DNA of 64,000 nucleotides from Rickettsiales bacterium (GTDB lineage Bacteria; Pseudomonadota; Alphaproteobacteria; Rickettsiales; UBA8987): NCBI GenBank assembly GCA_020630095.1, contig JAHDCD010000001.1, positions 5,698 to 69,697 of the forward strand, read 5' to 3'. Shown piece by piece: positions 61,307 to 64,000 of this stretch (position 1 is its first letter; each line of letters starts with the position of its first letter). The notes under the pieces were generated by a model. It saw only the letters and a program-made list of their open reading frames with translations, ran no database searches and was not told where the DNA came from. The position numbers and the translations under genes were made by a program.

Positions 61307-61737
61307 TGATTATAGGCGTTGGTACAGATATTGTTGAAATTGCTAGAATTGAGAAATTACTTAAGAAATCTGGTAATAAATTTATTGATAGAATTTTAAC
61401 TGATTCCGAGAAGTTGATTGCTCCTGCGCGCAAGGAATCTTTTTTCCCTAATGTAATAAAGCGTTCGCGAATTCATTTGCTTAATAATAGGAGAGTAGAG
61501 GTTAAAGATAATAAGTTTATTAGCTACTTGGCTAAACGTTGGGCAGCTAAAGAGGCTATATCTAAAGCTCTGGGAACTGGTATTGGTTCTAAGTTATCAT
61601 TTAAAGATATAGAGATTTCAAAAGATTCTGAAGGTAAGCCCTTGGCTTCAATTAAAGGGCGCTCAGATATTACTATTCATTTATCTATTTCAGATGAGCT
61701 AAAGTATGCCACAGCATTCGCTGTTATTGAGAAGTAG
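61306..61737 (+). CDS. acpS: Holo-[acyl-carrier-protein] synthase; its start overlaps the virB6-like stop (TAATG)
   Basis: GVGTDIVEIARIE; LAKRWAAKEAISKALGTGIG; carries an extra ~26 aa relative to E. coli AcpS between these blocks. Confidence 0.85.
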   Translation: MIIGVGTDIVEIARIEKLLKKSGNKFIDRILTDSEKLIAPARKESFFPNVIKRSRIHLLNNRRVEVKDNKFISYLAKRWAAKEAISKALGTGIGSKLSFKDIEISKDSEGKPLASIKGRSDITIHLSISDELKYATAFAVIEK

Positions 61738-61810
61738 TTTTCTACCTTCCAGCATCTTCTTTTTTACCTAATATTCTTATTATAGCAAATTAACTTGAAG
61801 TCTTAAGTAT

Positions 61811-61880
61811 GTCATTCCCGCGAAAGCGGGAATCTCCTCTAAGATCTTTTTATGAGATCCCCGATCAAGTCGGGGATGAC
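61811..61880. mobile_element. 70-bp double-hairpin palindromic element (intergenic reference copy of the GTCAT/ATGAC family), nested in an outer 21-bp inverted repeat (61781-61801 / 61900-61920)
   Basis: GTCATTCCCGCGAAAGCGGGAATCTCCTCTAAGATCTTTTTATGAGATCCCCGATCAAGTCGGGGATGAC. Outer arms are TATAGCAAATTAACTTGAAGT and ACTTCAACTTAATTTGCTATA (one mismatch). Confidence 0.65.
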
Positions 61881-62153
61881 AAGAACAGAGATTCTCTAAA
61901 CTTCAACTTAATTTGCTATACTACGCAAAAAGTGGATAAAAATGCTCAAAAAATGCAGTTTTTTATCATTTTTTGGACGTTTTTTTACATGTTTTTTAAT
62001 GGTTTTAGTAAGGTGTGTATTGAAATATAAGGATATTTTTAGATTTTTCTGTTTAAATATATTTTTTCTGAATTTTTAAGGTTTTGAGATTTTTCTATAA
62101 TATAGAAAATCATTAATCTTGAAGTAGGTAAAGCGTGGCACTATATCTATTTT
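61881..62153. repeat. Intergenic repeat module, copy B (related to 38537-38826)
   Basis: Shared blocks GCTCAAAAAATG, GTGTGTATTGAAATATAAGG, GTTTTGAG, TTCTATA, in the same order as in copy A. Confidence 0.5.
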
Positions 62154-63476
62154 ATGACTGAATTGCAGACTAAAAATTTAAGACCACGTGAAATTGTAGA
62201 AGAGCTGGATAAGCATATTATTGGGCAGTCGGATGCAAAGCGTGCAGTAGCTATTGCACTTCGTAATCGCTATAGAAGAAAGCAGGTGGCGAATGATTTA
62301 GTTGATGAAATTATGCCTAAGAATATTCTTATGATTGGACCAACGGGTGTTGGTAAAACTGAGATATCTAGGCGTTTGGCGAAGCTTGCGAATGCTCCGT
62401 TTATGAAGGTTGAGGCAACTAAGTTTACCGAAGTTGGTTATGTGGGTAAAGATGTTGAATCTATTATTCGTGACCTTGTAGAGCAAGCCGTTAAAATGGT
62501 GCGTGAGGATGAACGTACGCGTGTAAAAGAAAAGGCTGAGGTTTTAGCTGAGGATAGAATTTTAGATGCTCTTGTGGGCGAAGATGCTTCGCTTGAGACT
62601 CGTGAGAAATTCCGTTCAATGTTACGTATGGGTGAGTTGGCGGATAAAGAGGTTGAACTTGATTTAAAAGATAATGCATCGCCATTTCAAAGTATGGATA
62701 TTCCTGGTATGCCGGGTGCATCTATGGGGATGATGAATGTTGGCGATATGATTAGTAAGGCTGTTGGTGGTAACACTAAGCGCAAAAAAATTAATGTTGC
62801 TGATGCTTATGAAAGGTTAATGAATGAAGAGTCTGATAAATTATTAGACGAAGAAAAGCTTGTTGAGATGGCTTTGAAAATTGTTGAAAATGATGGAATC
62901 GTTTTCTTAGATGAGATTGATAAAATTACTGTGCGCTCGGATTCTCGTGGTGGAGAAGTTTCGCGCGAAGGTGTTCAGCGTGACTTGTTACCATTGTTAG
63001 AAGGTACTGTGGTTTCAACGAAATATGGAGCGGTTAAAACGGATCATATTTTATTTATTGCATCTGGTGCGTTCCACGTTGCTAAGCCAGCAGATTTATT
63101 ACCAGAGCTTCAAGGGCGTTTACCTATTCGTGTTGAGCTTGCGGCACTTACTGAAGAAGATTTAATTCGTATTCTAACTGAGCCTAGGGCTTCGCTTGTG
63201 AATCAGTATGTTGCGCTAATGGGGGTTGATGGTGTTGAAGTTGAATTTGACTCTGATGCTATTACGCGTATTGCGCAGATATCTGGCGAGGTGAATAAGA
63301 ATGTTGAGAATATTGGTGCAAGGCGCTTGCATACAATTATGGAAAAATTACTTGAAGAAGTTTCTTATGAAGCTGGTGATACAGCAGATGCAACGTTAAA
63401 AGTTGATGTTGATTATGTTAACAAGCATCTAGGCGACCTTACTCAAGATATGGATCTAAGTAAGTTTATTCTTTAG
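62154..63476 (+). CDS. hslU: ATP-dependent protease ATPase subunit HslU
   Basis: [17 protein letters not shown]; Walker [36 protein letters not shown]. Confidence 0.95.
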   Translation: MTELQTKNLRPREIVEELDKHIIGQSDAKRAVAIALRNRYRRKQVANDLVDEIMPKNILMIGPTGVGKTEISRRLAKLANAPFMKVEATKFTEVGYVGKDVESIIRDLVEQAVKMVREDERTRVKEKAEVLAEDRILDALVGEDASLETREKFRSMLRMGELADKEVELDLKDNASPFQSMDIPGMPGASMGMMNVGDMISKAVGGNTKRKKINVADAYERLMNEESDKLLDEEKLVEMALKIVENDGIVFLDEIDKITVRSDSRGGEVSREGVQRDLLPLLEGTVVSTKYGAVKTDHILFIASGAFHVAKPADLLPELQGRLPIRVELAALTEEDLIRILTEPRASLVNQYVALMGVDGVEVEFDSDAITRIAQISGEVNKNVENIGARRLHTIMEKLLEEVSYEAGDTADATLKVDVDYVNKHLGDLTQDMDLSKFIL

Positions 63477-64000
63477 ATATCTACGTTGTTAAACTCGGCA
63501 GAGTTTTCGGAGATGAATTTGAAGCGAAGTTCTGGCTTTTTGCCCATTAGCTCTTCAACGCGGGTGAAGGCTTGGGTTTCATCTTCAAATAATACTTGAA
63601 TTAAAATACGGCTTTCAGGTTCCATTGTGGTTTCCTTTAGCTGTGGTGGTGTCATTTCACCTAAGCCTTTGAAGCGGCCGATTTCTAATTGCTTTTTAGA
63701 CTTCTTAGTAAGTCTATCGATAATTTCTTCGCGTTCAATTTCGTCTTTTGCGTAGAAGTTTTTATCACCCTGCTTGATACGGAAAAGGGGAGGTTGTGCT
63801 AAGTATAGATGCCCATTACGGATTAGGTCAGGCAGCTCTTGTGCAAAGAAGGTCATTAACAATGAGCTAATATGAGCGCCGTCAACGTCGGCATCGGTCA
63901 TTATGATAATCTTCTCATAACGTAGGTCGTCATCATTATAAAGGCTTCCGGTTCCTACACCGAGTGCTAAAAGCATGTCGGCAATTTCGTTATTGGCTTT
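63473..64000 (-). CDS. parE: DNA topoisomerase IV subunit B, C-terminal part (gene continues beyond the window end)
   Basis: Toprim [59 protein letters not shown]. Only ~45 aa separate PPLF from RFKGLGEM, so the large proteobacterial GyrB insertion is absent, which favours ParE. The frame stays open to nt 64000. Confidence 0.75.
   Translation of the reverse strand, partial: KANNEIADMLLALGVGTGSLYNDDDLRYEKIIIMTDADVDGAHISSLLMTFFAQELPDLIRNGHLYLAQPPLFRIKQGDKNFYAKDEIEREEIIDRLTKKSKKQLEIGRFKGLGEMTPPQLKETTMEPESRILIQVLFEDETQAFTRVEELMGKKPELRFKFISENSAEFNNVDI

Noticed and set aside
61809-62030. 73-aa ORF starting MSFPRKRESPL
   Set aside because: It is a translation artefact of the palindromic repeat element and the AT-rich repeat module. 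There is no RBS and the composition is low-complexity.

Overview
Visibly AT-rich bacterial chromosomal segment. The gene content looks like an intracellular alphaproteobacterium of the Rickettsiales/Holosporales type. This is an inference from three things: scattered vir-type type IV secretion (T4SS) genes, isolated gene-transfer-agent (GTA) relic genes, and short palindromic elements sitting in-frame inside ORFs. The backbone is housekeeping: lolD, mscS-like, dnaB, dxs, fumC, phrB, serA, pdhC, ychF, dxr, bioD, nadE, pstCA, csrA, pheA, tyrC-like, acpS, hslU, parE (partial), plus tRNA-Pro and tRNA-Tyr. No rRNA, CRISPR array, IS transposase or integrase gene was recognised. Accessory or unusual content, in window order: (1) an exact 2,061-bp tandem duplication at 1800-5921. 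(2) Three small ArsR/SmtB-like regulators, each next to its own long palindrome (52, 64 and 48 bp); two of them are divergent from the MEP-pathway genes dxs and dxr. (3) An orphan virD4. (4) GTA g12-like and g13-like genes separated by about 11.8 kb. (5) att-like partial tRNA duplications. (6) A 2,687-aa autotransporter whose passenger carries a Tlde1/DUF2778-like L,D-transpeptidase-fold module and a possible GH108-like module. (7) A receiver-domain protein fused to a pyruvate-phosphate-dikinase-like swivel plus PEP-binding barrel, with no ATP-grasp domain. (8) A three-gene cluster of secreted EF-hand, His/Cys-rich and CPxTG-repeat proteins. (9) A roughly 70-bp double-hairpin element family (GTCAT...ATGAC), one copy in-frame in the photolyase gene. 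(10) A DXD glycosyltransferase-like candidate effector. (11) virB4 and a 1,843-aa VirB6-like protein with N-terminal CHAP (TIGR02594-type) and lytic-transglycosylase modules, packed tightly between tyrC and acpS. All functional calls come from motif recognition by eye, since no database search was possible. Domain sub-coordinates are approximate, to within a few nt.
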